Shown here one piece after another: positions 30,425 through 41,062 of a stretch of 64,000 bases of DNA. Position numbers and translations under genes: made by a program. The notes under the pieces were generated by a model that worked only from the letters and a program-made list of their open reading frames with translations, did not search any database and had not been told where the DNA came from. The number at the start of each line of letters is the position of its first letter. Within the stretch, counting starts at the first letter, position 1. Source of the DNA: an uncultured cyanobacterium (GTDB lineage Bacteria > Cyanobacteriota > Cyanobacteriia > CAKZMO01); NCBI GenBank assembly GCA_963719515.1, contig CAVRCJ010000013.1, forward strand, positions 168,063-232,062. The letters are read 5' to 3'.

Positions 30425-33400
30425 ATGGGGCAAGCGGAGTTTGCGGCGGATGGTGCTCAAAATGCCTTCTCTAGGCCCAAAGCGATCGCCGCTGGTCCAG
30501 CGCTCGACCCGGCTCATCTACCTCAGCTTGCTGCTGCGCTCCGGCAGGCGGCGCAGACCGGGGCAAATATTCGCTACCTCGAAGCCGACGGCACCGAGAC
30601 TGTGCAGTCTTACCGCATGCTGTGGGACGAGGCTGCCTGCGTTGCGGCGGGCTTAGCCTCAGCGGGGCTAGGTCCTGGAGATTTTGTGGTGCTGAACCTG
30701 CGGGCCAGCGCCGAGCTGATTGTGGCCCTTTGGGGCTGCCTGCTGCGGGGCTGCGTTCCCGTTCCGCTCTCGCCGCCGTCCTCGCACCAAAGGTCGCCCG
30801 TGACGGCGGCGCTTCAGCTTTTAGGCTCCCCTGCCGTTGTGAGTGATGCCGCTTTGGGGCCGATTTTGAGCGTCGATAGGGAAGGTCCGGCTTCAGGTTC
30901 TTCCCTTCAATTACCCCAGCAGCTCACGCTCCAAAGCTTAAGAGAGTCCGGAGGTCAGCAGCCCGCGATCGCCCCCCATAGTTCCCAAAGCGATGACCCC
31001 GCGCTCTTGCTGCTGACCTCCGGCAGCACCGGCACCCCCAAAGGCGTGGTACTCAGCCACCAAAATCTGCGGGCCAGCGCCTACGGCATGGCCACGGCAA
31101 ATCAACTTTCTGCAGCTGACGTCACCTTGAACTGGATGCCCCTGTCTCATGTGGCTAGCCTGGTGATGTTTCACCTCACAGAAGTAGTTTTAGGCTGCTC
31201 TCAGATTCACGTGGCGAATGAGCGGATTCTCAAAGCGCCGCTGACCTGGCTGGACCTGATTGAGCGCTACCAGGTCACAGTCACCTGGGCTCCTAACTTT
31301 GCCTACGGACTGGTGAATGACCAGGTAGAAGCGCTTCAGTCTGCGGGCCAGCGCTGGGATTTGACTTCCCTTCGCTGGATGGGGAATGGGGCGGAGGCCG
31401 TGGTGGGCAGGACGGCGCGGCGCTTTCTGCAGCTGCTCGCGCCCTATGGGCTGAAGCCTACGGTGGTGAGTCCGGGCTACGGCATGTCGGAAACCTGCTC
31501 GGGCATCGTTCACTCCCACGACTTTTCCCTGGAGACGACGAGCGACGACGACGCCTTCGTCCAGGTGGGCAGCCCCATCCCAGGTGTGTCGGTGCGCATT
31601 GTAGATGAGTCGAATCAGCCGGTGGCGGAAGAGGCGGTGGGCCGACTGCAGGTGCGCGGGACGACGGTAATGCTGGGTTACTATCACCCTCCAGCGTCCC
31701 AGCATCTGGACCCAAACGCGGCGGCGTTTACCGCAGACGGCTGGTTTGACACGGGGGACTTGGGCTTCTTGTACGACGGACTTTTGACGATTACCGGACG
31801 GCAGAAAGATGTGGTGATTGTGAACGGCGTCAACCTCTACAGCCACGAAATAGAGTCCGTCGTTGAGGAGCTAGACGGGGTAGCGGCGTCGTTTACGGCG
31901 GCCTGCGGGGTGCGATCGCCTGATGCGGTGACCGACCAGCTCGCCATCTTCTTTCACCCCGCCGATCAGGGCGAGCCCGCAGGCGTTGACACCGCCCTCG
32001 TCCGCCAGATTCGCGCCCAGGCGGCTCGCATTGGGGCTGCGCCTGCCTATGTGATTCCAGTAGCCAAAGCGGAGATTCCCAAAACCGCTATTGGCAAGAT
32101 TCAGCGGCGGCTCCTCAGCGAGCAGTTTGCGGCAGGGATGTTCGAAGCCCAAGTGGCGCAGGTGGCCCAGGCGTTTCGGGCGCAGGTGGGGGACGCTGGT
32201 CCTCAAACCGAGCTAGAGCAGCGCATTGCCCAGGTGTGGCAGTCGGTGCTCCAGATCGATGCCGTGGGCAGCCAGGACAATTTCTTTGAGCTGGGGGGCA
32301 CGTCGCTGCGCCTGATGCAGGTGCTCCATCAGCTGCAGCGTCAGGGCGAGTCTGGTCTGACGGCGACGACACTGTTTGAATATCCCACGGTGGCTTTGCT
32401 GGCCGCTCATCTCAACCGCAGCGGCCCATCCCAGGCTCCTGTTCCGCTGCGCCCCCGCTCGCGCCCTGCAGCCGCGAGCGGTATCGCCGTTGTTGGCATG
32501 GCGGGCCGGTTCCCCGGAGCCGAAAACCTAAAAGACTTTTGGCAAAACCTTTGCCAAGGCGTTGAGTCTATCGCTCGGTTTACCGATGACGAGATGTGCG
32601 CCGCTGGCCTCGACCCCGCCCTTATCCAGCATTCTAACTACGTCAACGCCAGCCCCACCCTGAGCGGAGTGGAATATTTCGACGCCCCTTTCTTTGGCTA
32701 CAGCCCTAAAGAGGCCGAGCTCATGGATCCCCAGCAGCGGCTAATGCTGGAATGCGCCTGGGAAGCCCTAGAAACCGCTGGCTATGACCCGCTCACCTAC
32801 CCTGGGGCTATAGCCCTCTACGCCGGGGCCTCTATGAACACCTACCTGCTCAACCAGGTTTACCCCCAGCGCCACCGCTTAGACCCCAACGATTCGCTGG
32901 AGGTCTTTACCCTCAGCTCTCTGGGCGGGTTTCAGGCCACTGTCGCCAACGACAAAGACTATCTCACCACCCGCGTCTCCTACAAGCTCAACCTGCGCGG
33001 CCCCAGCGTCAATGTGCAGACGGCCTGCTCCACTTCTCTCGTGGCTATTCACCTAGCGGCCCAAAGCTTACGGCAGGGGGAATGCGACATGGCCTTAGCG
33101 GGCGGGGTGTCGGTGGAAACGCCCCAGAAGGCGGGTCACTTGTACCAAGAGGGGATGATTTTATCCCCCGATGGTCACTGCCGCGCCTTCGACGCCCAGG
33201 CGCAGGGAACGCTGTTTGGCAGCGGGGTCGGGTTGGTGGTGCTCAAGCCCTTAGAGGCGGCGATCGCCGACCGAGACACCGTCTACGCGGTAATTAAGGG
33301 GTCTGCCGTGGGCAACGACGGGGGGCAAAAGGTAGGCTACCTGGCTCCCCGCAGCGAGGGACAGGCTACCGTAGCGGCGCAGGCGCTAGCGATCGCGGAC

Positions 33401-35272
33401 GTTCCGGCGGACAGTATTCGCTATGTGGAGGCCCACGGTACGGGTACGGCGTTGGGAGACCCCATCGAGATCGCCGGGCTCACCCAAGCGTTTCGCCTCA
33501 GCACGGCGGCGCGACAGTTTTGCGCCATTGGCTCGGTAAAAACCAACCTGGGCCACCTCAATATCGCCTCCGGGGTGGTGGGGTTTATCAAAGCGGCTCT
33601 AGCCCTGTACCACCGGCAGATTCCGGCCAGCCTGCACTTTACGCAGCCCAACCCGCAAATTGATTTTGCCAACAGCCCTTTTTACGTGAACGCAACGCTG
33701 GCGGACTGGCCCCAGCAGGAGACGCCCCGCCGCGCTGGCGTTAACTCTCTGGGAATTGGCGGGACGAATGTGCATGTGGTGCTGGAGGAGGCGGGTAGCC
33801 TAGAGCTTGAGGCCAGGCCGCCCGAAACCAGAATTCTTCCTCTCTCCGCCAAGTCTCCTGCTGCGCTAAGGGCCTTGGTGCAGCGATACCGAGACTATCT
33901 GGCGCAGAGCCCTGACGTCGCGTTAGCAGACCTGTGCTTCACCGCTGCCGTGGGGCGATCGCACTTCTCCCACCGGGCGGCTTTTGTTGCTGAGTCGATA
34001 GAGAGACTGCAGGCGCAGCTGCAGGACTGGCTGGCTGACGCCAAAGACCAAACTCAGCCCTCTCAGGAGGTCCGCGGCTACGAATTAGGGGGCAGCAGGG
34101 CGAGTTCGAATCAGGCTCGCAGGCCGATCGCCTTTCTCTTCACCGGCCAAGGCGCTCAGTCCGTCAACATGGGGCGCGAGCTTTACGACACCCAGCCCGT
34201 CTTTCGCGGCGCTCTAGACCGCTGCGCCCAGCTGGCCCCCCTGCCGCTGCTAGAGCTGCTCTACCCCCGCGACGACGCTGGGGAGCACGATCAACTCGAT
34301 CAAACCGTCAATACCCAGCCGGTCCTCTTCGCCGTGGAGTACGCTCTGGCTCAGCTGTGGCGCTCTTGGGGCATTCGTCCGGCGGCGGTGATGGGCCACA
34401 GCATCGGCGAATATGTGGCGGCCTGCGTGGCCGGGGTCTTTAGTTTGGAGGACGCCTTGACGCTGGTGGCGGCGCGGGGGCGGCTGATGCAGGCGCTGCC
34501 AGCGGGGGGGCAGATGGCGGCGGTGACGGCGACGGCAGCTCAGGTGGCGGCGGTGATTAAGCCGGTAGGGGCGGTGGCCATTGCGGCCTTTAATGGCCCG
34601 AAAAATACGGTGGTGTCGGGAAGCGCGGAGGCGATCGCCGCAAGTATCTCTCGCCTAGAAGATAAGGGGTACCGCTGTAAACGGCTCCAGGTTTCCCGCG
34701 CGTTCCATTCGCCGCTTATGGAGCCGGTGCTGGCGGAGTTTCACCAGATAGCGGCAGCAATGAGCTATAGCGCTCCCACAATAGAGTTGATCTCGAACGT
34801 GACGGGGGAAAGGGCGGGCGACGCGATCGCCACCCCAGACTACTGGGTGCGCCATATTTCCCAACCGGTGCGGTTTGCGCAGGGCGTCGAAACCCTGCAC
34901 CACTTGGGCTATGGCACCTTTTTAGAATGCGGCCCCCGCCCCGTTTTGCTCACCCTCGCCCAGACGGCGCTGCCCCCCGGACCACAGCGCTGGCTTCCGA
35001 GCCTGCACCCCAAGCGATCAGATACCTCACAGATTTTAGAGACGCTGGCGATTCTCTATCAGCAGGGGCAAGCCGTGGACTGGGAGGCGTTCCATCAGCG
35101 CCAGACCGGTCGCCGCATTCCGCTGCCCACCTATCCCTTCCAGCGCCAGCGCTGCTGGCTAGACCGCCCGCCCTCGCCTCCGGCTGAGCGTGCTGTGTCC
35201 CATCCTCTGCTGGGTGCCCCCATTCTCCACGCCGCATCAAAAGCTTTTTCAGCAGACGCTCACGCAGCGTGA
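30425..35272 (+). CDS. Type I PKS, 5' part: adenylation/acyl-AMP ligase loading domain - carrier - KS - AT
   Basis: TSGSTGTPKG, WAPNFAY, GYGMSET, FDTGDLG; carrier GGTSL; KS TACSTS, HGTGT, NLGH; AT GHSIG, RAFHS; ends in the DH start motif HPLLG. Confidence 0.92.
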   Translation: MGQAEFAADGAQNAFSRPKAIAAGPALDPAHLPQLAAALRQAAQTGANIRYLEADGTETVQSYRMLWDEAACVAAGLASAGLGPGDFVVLNLRASAELIVALWGCLLRGCVPVPLSPPSSHQRSPVTAALQLLGSPAVVSDAALGPILSVDREGPASGSSLQLPQQLTLQSLRESGGQQPAIAPHSSQSDDPALLLLTSGSTGTPKGVVLSHQNLRASAYGMATANQLSAADVTLNWMPLSHVASLVMFHLTEVVLGCSQIHVANERILKAPLTWLDLIERYQVTVTWAPNFAYGLVNDQVEALQSAGQRWDLTSLRWMGNGAEAVVGRTARRFLQLLAPYGLKPTVVSPGYGMSETCSGIVHSHDFSLETTSDDDAFVQVGSPIPGVSVRIVDESNQPVAEEAVGRLQVRGTTVMLGYYHPPASQHLDPNAAAFTADGWFDTGDLGFLYDGLLTITGRQKDVVIVNGVNLYSHEIESVVEELDGVAASFTAACGVRSPDAVTDQLAIFFHPADQGEPAGVDTALVRQIRAQAARIGAAPAYVIPVAKAEIPKTAIGKIQRRLLSEQFAAGMFEAQVAQVAQAFRAQVGDAGPQTELEQRIAQVWQSVLQIDAVGSQDNFFELGGTSLRLMQVLHQLQRQGESGLTATTLFEYPTVALLAAHLNRSGPSQAPVPLRPRSRPAAASGIAVVGMAGRFPGAENLKDFWQNLCQGVESIARFTDDEMCAAGLDPALIQHSNYVNASPTLSGVEYFDAPFFGYSPKEAELMDPQQRLMLECAWEALETAGYDPLTYPGAIALYAGASMNTYLLNQVYPQRHRLDPNDSLEVFTLSSLGGFQATVANDKDYLTTRVSYKLNLRGPSVNVQTACSTSLVAIHLAAQSLRQGECDMALAGGVSVETPQKAGHLYQEGMILSPDGHCRAFDAQAQGTLFGSGVGLVVLKPLEAAIADRDTVYAVIKGSAVGNDGGQKVGYLAPRSEGQATVAAQALAIADVPADSIRYVEAHGTGTALGDPIEIAGLTQAFRLSTAARQFCAIGSVKTNLGHLNIASGVVGFIKAALALYHRQIPASLHFTQPNPQIDFANSPFYVNATLADWPQQETPRRAGVNSLGIGGTNVHVVLEEAGSLELEARPPETRILPLSAKSPAALRALVQRYRDYLAQSPDVALADLCFTAAVGRSHFSHRAAFVAESIERLQAQLQDWLADAKDQTQPSQEVRGYELGGSRASSNQARRPIAFLFTGQGAQSVNMGRELYDTQPVFRGALDRCAQLAPLPLLELLYPRDDAGEHDQLDQTVNTQPVLFAVEYALAQLWRSWGIRPAAVMGHSIGEYVAACVAGVFSLEDALTLVAARGRLMQALPAGGQMAAVTATAAQVAAVIKPVGAVAIAAFNGPKNTVVSGSAEAIAASISRLEDKGYRCKRLQVSRAFHSPLMEPVLAEFHQIAAAMSYSAPTIELISNVTGERAGDAIATPDYWVRHISQPVRFAQGVETLHHLGYGTFLECGPRPVLLTLAQTALPPGPQRWLPSLHPKRSDTSQILETLAILYQQGQAVDWEAFHQRQTGRRIPLPTYPFQRQRCWLDRPPSPPAERAVSHPLLGAPILHAASKAFSADAHAA

Positions 35273-38200
35273 TAGCTTCCTGCGGAATCATCAAGTTCAA
35301 GGACAAGCCGTGTTTCCGGGAGCGGCCTACTTAGAAATGGCGCTGTCGGCTGGGGCTACGGCGCTGAAAACCCCCCACGTTCGTCTGCGCAGCGTGGCCC
35401 TGTTGCGATCGCTTCCCCTCTGCGACTCGCCCCAAACGCTACAAACTATTCTCACCCCGGAGGCTGAAGGGTACCGCTTTGAGATCTACAGCCGCCCTGA
35501 TGGACGTGATTCACAGGAGGACTGGACGCTCCACTGTGAAGGGGCGATCGCCCTGGCTGAGCCCGCTGCGCCCGACCCGCTGGATGTCGAGGCGCTGAAG
35601 CAGACGCGCCCTAAGACCTGGTCAGCGGCAGAGCATTACCGACGGGGCGAACAGCGAGGGTTGCGCTACAGCGGCCCTTTCCGCACCGTCGAGGCAATTT
35701 GGCGCAGCGAGGGCGCGGCATTAGGCCAAATTCAAAGTCCCGCTGTCGCCGCTGACTCAGCGCCCTACCATCTCCATCCTGCCCTACTCGACGCCTGCTT
35801 CCAGGGGGTGCTCGCGGCGCTACCGGAGGGCACGGATCTGTACGTCCCCATAGGAGTAGACTGCCTGCGGCGCTACCGGCCATTGCCTGAGGTGGGGGCT
35901 ACGCTGTGGAGCGACGTGCGGCTCCGGGGAGATGGAGTGCAGGGGGCAGCGGTGGTGACGGCTGACGTGCGAATTGCGACCGCGGCAGGAGAGCTAGTCG
36001 CCCTTGCCTCAGGGCTGTCGGCGAAGCGAATCGAGCAGATTGAACCGAGCCGGTCTCAGGTAGCGCCCCAGGTCGACTGGCTTTACCGGGTAAGCTGGCA
36101 GCCTGCGCCCAGGTCTACCGGTGGCTCTGCTGGCCCATGGCTCGTGATTTCCGATTCTCCTGAAGGCTTAGAGGCGATCGCCTCTAAGCTGACTGCTAAA
36201 GGACAGACCTACGCCACGGCCCTGCTGCCCGCTGACGCCAGCGGCAGTGCTGCGTTTAAGGCTCTGCTGACGCAACAGCCGGACCTACAGGGCGTCGTCT
36301 ACTGTTCCGGGCTGGCCGCTCCTACGGGATATGGGCACCGGCTCTCCGGTACGCTGAGCGACGAGGTCAGCAAGACCTGCCAAGGAGCGCTGCACCTGGT
36401 TCAGGCCCTAGTTCAAGGCGGCCCTCCTACTCCGCGGCTGTGGCTCGTCACCTGCGGAGCACAGGCGGTTTTAGGTCACGAACCGCTGGCGGTGGCGCAA
36501 TCAACCCTGTGGGGCCTGGGAAAGACAATTGCCCTAGAGCATCCCGAACTTAGAACCGTTTGCCTAGATCTTGATCCAGACTGTAGCGATCGCCAAAGGC
36601 TAAATGAGCTGGCCGCTGAGCTGGCCCTAGAGCCGGGGGCTGATGGCCAGCTTGCCCATCGGCAGGGCGATCGCTACCGGGCTAAGCTGATTGGCGGTGT
36701 TCCGCTCGCGGCCCCTGCCTTAAATGAGACGGTGACCCGCCAGCTCCAGATTGCGGCGCGGGGCACCCTAGACCATCTCGTCTGGAAGTCCGTCCCCAGG
36801 CGATCGCCCCAGATCAACGAAGTTGAAATTAGAGTACAGGCGGCTGGCCTTAACTTTCGCGACGTGCTGAATGCCCTAGACCTCTATCCCGGCGCGGGGG
36901 CATTGGGGCTGGAATGCGTCGGGGAAATCGTGGCGGTGGGCGCTGGCGTGAGCGGGGTTCGCCTCGGCGAGGCGGTGATGGCGATCGCGCCCGCTAGCTT
37001 TAGCCAGTACGTCACCGTCGCCGCTGAGCTGGTGGTCCCCAAGCCCGCAGCTCTTGCGCCTGAAGAAGCGGCAACCATCCCCACGGCGTTTCTGACCGCC
37101 TACTATGCGCTGTGCCGCTTGGGGCAACTGTTTGAGCGCCAGCCCCCCGGCAAGGTAAAGCGCGCCTTGATTCATGCCGCTGCGGGCGGGGTCGGGCAGG
37201 CCGCTGTTCAGCTGGCCCAGCAGGCCGGAGTAGAGGTCTTTGCCACCGCCTCACAGCCCAAGTGGAACTTTCTTCGTCAGCAGGGCGTTCGTCGTCTCTT
37301 TGATTCCCGCAGCCTCGACTTCGCCGCAGAGATTTTGGAGCAGACGGGCGGCGCGGGGGTAGATGTGGTGCTCAATTCTCTCTCGGATGAGGCTATTCCC
37401 AAGAGCCTGTCGACACTCACCGAGGGCGGCTGCTTTCTTGAAATCGGAAAGAAGGGGATTTGGCCTGTAGAGAGGATGGTGCAGCAGCGCCCCGACGTGG
37501 CCTATCACATCATCGATTTAGTCGTCGTCACCCAGGAGCAGCCCCGGCTGATTCAGTCGATGCTGCGCCATCTCACCGAGCAGCTCCAGGCCGGTAATCT
37601 GCACCCTCTCCCCCTGCGGGCTTTTCCCGCCGGCCAGGCGACTGCAGCTTTTCGCTGGATGCAGCAGGCAAAGCACAGGGGCAAAGTAGTGATCACGCCG
37701 CCGCGCCCAGCCGCGCCGATTCGGAATGAGGCCACGTACCTGATTACGGGCGGCCTGGGGGCCTTGGGGCTACAGGTAGCTCGGTGGCTTATAGAGAGGG
37801 GGGCACGTCACCTGGCACTGTTGGGGCGGCAGCCCCCCTCCCCTGAGGCACGACGGAGTATTCAGCAGCTCGAAGCTGAAGCGACCGTCAGCGTCCTGCA
37901 GGCAGACGTCGCTGAAATCTCGGCGCTAGAAGCCGCTCTGCTTCAGCTGTCTGACGGCCCGCCCCTCAAAGGCGTCTTCCACCTGGCGGGACAGCTTGAC
38001 GACGGCGTGCTGCTGCAGCAAACCTGGCAGCGCTTCGAAGGGGTGATGGCTCCCAAGGTTTTGGGCACTTGGCACCTGCACCAGCTGACGCGATCGCTGG
38101 CGCTAGACCACTTTGTAATGTTCTCCTCAGCGGCATCTTTGCTGGGTTCTGCCGGACAGGCCAACTATGCCGCCGCCAACGCCTTTCTAGATGCGATCGC

Positions 38201-38906
38201 CCATCTGCGCCATCAACAAGGTCTGCCTGCCCTCAGCATCAACTGGGGGGCCTGGGACGGCATAGGGCTGGCGGCAAATTCAACCGTGGCTCAGCGGCTG
38301 GCCCGCAGCAGAGAGAAGCCTCTTCCCCCCCCAGAAGGGCTAGCAATTTTGGAGCACCTGATGGCGGCGGCAGGGATGGCTCAGGTGGGGGTTCTGCCGG
38401 GTCAGCCCTTCAAGGCGTCATCCCCCGAAGCGGCGAAGCGCGTTGGAAGCGCCGCTGATAATACCGCTGCTAATGTCGCCGACAATGTCACCTTTAGAAC
38501 AGCCGCGAGGATTCAAGCTGCCGAACCCAGCCAGCGCCCTGCTCTCATAGCCGACTACCTGCGCCATCAGGTCGCCGTCGTGCTGGGCGTTAACGGAGCG
38601 CTAGACCCCAATAGCGGCTTCACCGATCTGGGCCTCGACTCTCTCACCGCCGTCGAGCTGCGCAATCGTCTGCAGGCCGATTTGGGCTGCGCTCTGCCCG
38701 CGACCCTCAGCTATGACTACCCCACTTTGGCATCGTTAGAGAAATATTTACTCTCCAGAATCGTTGACCCTGAGGATTCATTCACAGCAGCGCCTTTATC
38801 GCGGGGCGTATCGAAGCAGCCCTCACAGGTCGACCTTGACCGCCTTTCTGAGGCCGAAGCCGAAGCCCTGCTGCTAGAGACTCTAGATCACTTAGAGAAT
38901 CAGTAG
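35190..38906 (+). CDS. Type I PKS, 3' part: DH - ER - KR - ACP (frameshifted continuation of the preceding ORF)
   Basis: DH HQVQGQAVFP and LLDACFQ; ER IHAAAGGVG; KR ITGGLGALG, LDD, GQANYAAAN; ACP LGLDSL. Confidence 0.92.
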   Translation: MLCPILCWVPPFSTPHQKLFQQTLTQRDSFLRNHQVQGQAVFPGAAYLEMALSAGATALKTPHVRLRSVALLRSLPLCDSPQTLQTILTPEAEGYRFEIYSRPDGRDSQEDWTLHCEGAIALAEPAAPDPLDVEALKQTRPKTWSAAEHYRRGEQRGLRYSGPFRTVEAIWRSEGAALGQIQSPAVAADSAPYHLHPALLDACFQGVLAALPEGTDLYVPIGVDCLRRYRPLPEVGATLWSDVRLRGDGVQGAAVVTADVRIATAAGELVALASGLSAKRIEQIEPSRSQVAPQVDWLYRVSWQPAPRSTGGSAGPWLVISDSPEGLEAIASKLTAKGQTYATALLPADASGSAAFKALLTQQPDLQGVVYCSGLAAPTGYGHRLSGTLSDEVSKTCQGALHLVQALVQGGPPTPRLWLVTCGAQAVLGHEPLAVAQSTLWGLGKTIALEHPELRTVCLDLDPDCSDRQRLNELAAELALEPGADGQLAHRQGDRYRAKLIGGVPLAAPALNETVTRQLQIAARGTLDHLVWKSVPRRSPQINEVEIRVQAAGLNFRDVLNALDLYPGAGALGLECVGEIVAVGAGVSGVRLGEAVMAIAPASFSQYVTVAAELVVPKPAALAPEEAATIPTAFLTAYYALCRLGQLFERQPPGKVKRALIHAAAGGVGQAAVQLAQQAGVEVFATASQPKWNFLRQQGVRRLFDSRSLDFAAEILEQTGGAGVDVVLNSLSDEAIPKSLSTLTEGGCFLEIGKKGIWPVERMVQQRPDVAYHIIDLVVVTQEQPRLIQSMLRHLTEQLQAGNLHPLPLRAFPAGQATAAFRWMQQAKHRGKVVITPPRPAAPIRNEATYLITGGLGALGLQVARWLIERGARHLALLGRQPPSPEARRSIQQLEAEATVSVLQADVAEISALEAALLQLSDGPPLKGVFHLAGQLDDGVLLQQTWQRFEGVMAPKVLGTWHLHQLTRSLALDHFVMFSSAASLLGSAGQANYAAANAFLDAIAHLRHQQGLPALSINWGAWDGIGLAANSTVAQRLARSREKPLPPPEGLAILEHLMAAAGMAQVGVLPGQPFKASSPEAAKRVGSAADNTAANVADNVTFRTAARIQAAEPSQRPALIADYLRHQVAVVLGVNGALDPNSGFTDLGLDSLTAVELRNRLQADLGCALPATLSYDYPTLASLEKYLLSRIVDPEDSFTAAPLSRGVSKQPSQVDLDRLSEAEAEALLLETLDHLENQ

Positions 38907-39604
38907 GGGGCAACGCCGTGGTAGCCAACGCCGTCCGGCATGATGGCAAAGTTGAGCTTGGCGTTCTCAAAATTGACGTTTTCTAGCTCAGCGTCTGAGA
39001 AATCGACATACTGCAGGTCAGCGCCAGAGAAATTGACGTTGGATAGCTTCGTTTGCCTCAAGACTGCGCCATACAGAGAGGCCCCAGAGAAGTCGCTGTT
39101 TTGAATGTGAGCAAAGCTCAGGTCGGCGTCGCGTAAATCTGACTGCTTAAACGAGGTGTCGTCAATGCGGGCTTCTGTAAGGCTCACCTGCAGGAGCTGG
39201 GCGTCGTCAAGATTTACAGCGTCAATATCGACATCGATGAGGTCTGCCCCCCTCAAGTTGGCCTGAAACAGGTTGGTTTGATGCAGCGTTGCCCGGTCCA
39301 GGATGGCATTGATTAAAAAAGTTTTGTTGAGGTTGGCGTGGGAGAGGTTAGCCTGCTGCAAATCTATTCGACTTAGATCGAGCTGGCTCAGGTCGCTGTG
39401 GTTTAAATCGCACTGCACACAGCTTCCCCCTGCCGAGAGGTTCTTTCTGCCAATAGAGAGGTTGAGCTGAAGCGACTGGTCCCCTGCGGCTGTCGCCTCG
39501 TTTTCGTTGAGGGGGTTTGGTCCCTGCGACAGCAGCACCAGGACGCTAACGACGGGCAGACCGACGATGGTAGCAAAGAGGCCGATAACAACTCTGGCTT
39601 TCAT
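38900..39604 (-). CDS. Pentapeptide-repeat protein with N-terminal signal/anchor
   Basis: CVQCDL followed by A(D/N)Lxx repeats and AIMPDG. Confidence 0.9.
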   Translation of the reverse strand: MKARVVIGLFATIVGLPVVSVLVLLSQGPNPLNENEATAAGDQSLQLNLSIGRKNLSAGGSCVQCDLNHSDLSQLDLSRIDLQQANLSHANLNKTFLINAILDRATLHQTNLFQANLRGADLIDVDIDAVNLDDAQLLQVSLTEARIDDTSFKQSDLRDADLSFAHIQNSDFSGASLYGAVLRQTKLSNVNFSGADLQYVDFSDAELENVNFENAKLNFAIMPDGVGYHGVAPY

Positions 39605-39919
39605 GTTGTGCGATTTTGGTGAGGACTGCAGTTCTCTCTTCAGGCGATCGCGAGTCTACACCGTTCTCTGGGATTGAAGCTTTCGTAAAGCTAACTTTCC
39701 GCTGTGGAAGCGCCAAAGGTGTCCTGTGCGCCATGACATAAGGGCTGCGGTCCTGAACCACCATCAGCAGAGCGCCGCGATGGTAAAGTCGCTTACGCAA
39801 AGACATGGTCGCCCCTACGGCTGAATTCCTGATTTCGGCAGGCGCTGTTTGAGTGATGGGAATAGACCGTCAGCGCGCTTGCGAGGGCGATCGAGGCGCT
39901 GTTGTAAAGGAACTTAGAT

Positions 39920-41032
39920 ATGGATAACTCTCCTGTAGTGCGGATTTTTCTACCGGCGCTGCTGATTTCTAGCGGACTGTTTACCTGTTTGACGCTGCCG
40001 TTGGCCCTACACCGCTCCAAGTCGGTGCGAGTGAATATCCCATTGGTCTATCAGGGGGATGTTCCGCCTATTTTTCATCCTGACAGGCGAGACATCGCCA
40101 TCCGCTACGTCGGGTTCTCCATATTGATGAGCGTTGCGGCAGGCTTCACCAGCGTAGAAGTTTCTCGCAAGCGCCATCCAGACGACCCAGAAATTCTATC
40201 GGATGCAAATGGCTCAATCCTACAGAGAGACATCGCCCTCCCCGGCACTCTGCTATCCGGTCCATTCTCGGCCAGCCCAGAGACAGTGAGCCGCTCCCTC
40301 AGCACCATAAAATGCCGTATTGCCCCGATGGAAACCAGTTTTCGAGAGGGGGATTTAAGCCAGATGGACCTGACTGCAGTTGACCTCGACCGGGCTGATC
40401 TCAGTGAAGTTAACCTCAAGAGCAGCATTCTGGCCGAGGCTCAGCTGCTGCAGGCTGACTTGCGCCACGCTAACCTACAGCAGGCGGATCTGCAGCAGGC
40501 CAATCTTCAACAGGCCAACTGCGCCTACGCCGACTTGCGCCAGGCCAATTTGACGGGGGCCAACCTACAGCAGACCAGTCTCATTGGCGCTGACCTCGCC
40601 GGTGCCGATCTCACCGGAGCTCAGCTCCATCAGGCGCTCTATGACCACACGACGCAGTTTCCCGATGGCTTCGATGTTCAGCAGCATAATCTCTACTGGA
40701 TTGGCCCTGAGGCTGCGCTATGGGGGCTGGATCTAAGCCACGCCAATCTCTCGGGAGTTGATCTGCAGGGAGCCAACTTAACGGGAACGGTTCTTGCCGG
40801 CTCAGATCTATGGGGAACAAACCTGGAAGGGGCAGACCTCTCCAACACGAACCTTTCGGGGGCAACGCTAACCGGCGCATCCCTTAAAGGGGCGAATCTG
40901 ACCGATGCGATGCTGCGCTACGCTAATCTGACCAACGCTGATCTCACCGATACCGAAATGACCGGGGTGGATCTTGCCGATACAGTGCTGGTGGGAACGA
41001 TTTTAGAGCCTGATGACGAGGTGTCGGCCTAA
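39920..41032 (+). CDS. Membrane-anchored pentapeptide-repeat protein
   Basis: Two N-terminal TMs; two blocks of pentapeptide repeats separated by YDHTTQFPDGF. Confidence 0.88.
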   Translation: MDNSPVVRIFLPALLISSGLFTCLTLPLALHRSKSVRVNIPLVYQGDVPPIFHPDRRDIAIRYVGFSILMSVAAGFTSVEVSRKRHPDDPEILSDANGSILQRDIALPGTLLSGPFSASPETVSRSLSTIKCRIAPMETSFREGDLSQMDLTAVDLDRADLSEVNLKSSILAEAQLLQADLRHANLQQADLQQANLQQANCAYADLRQANLTGANLQQTSLIGADLAGADLTGAQLHQALYDHTTQFPDGFDVQQHNLYWIGPEAALWGLDLSHANLSGVDLQGANLTGTVLAGSDLWGTNLEGADLSNTNLSGATLTGASLKGANLTDAMLRYANLTNADLTDTEMTGVDLADTVLVGTILEPDDEVSA

Positions 41033-41062
41033 GCCCCCGCCTTTCGCGGCCATGCCAGCGCT

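Noticed and set aside
30425..38906. Olefin synthase (Ols) or microcystin McyG
   Set aside because: No sulfotransferase-TE and no methyltransferase; DH and ER are present; no associated cluster genes
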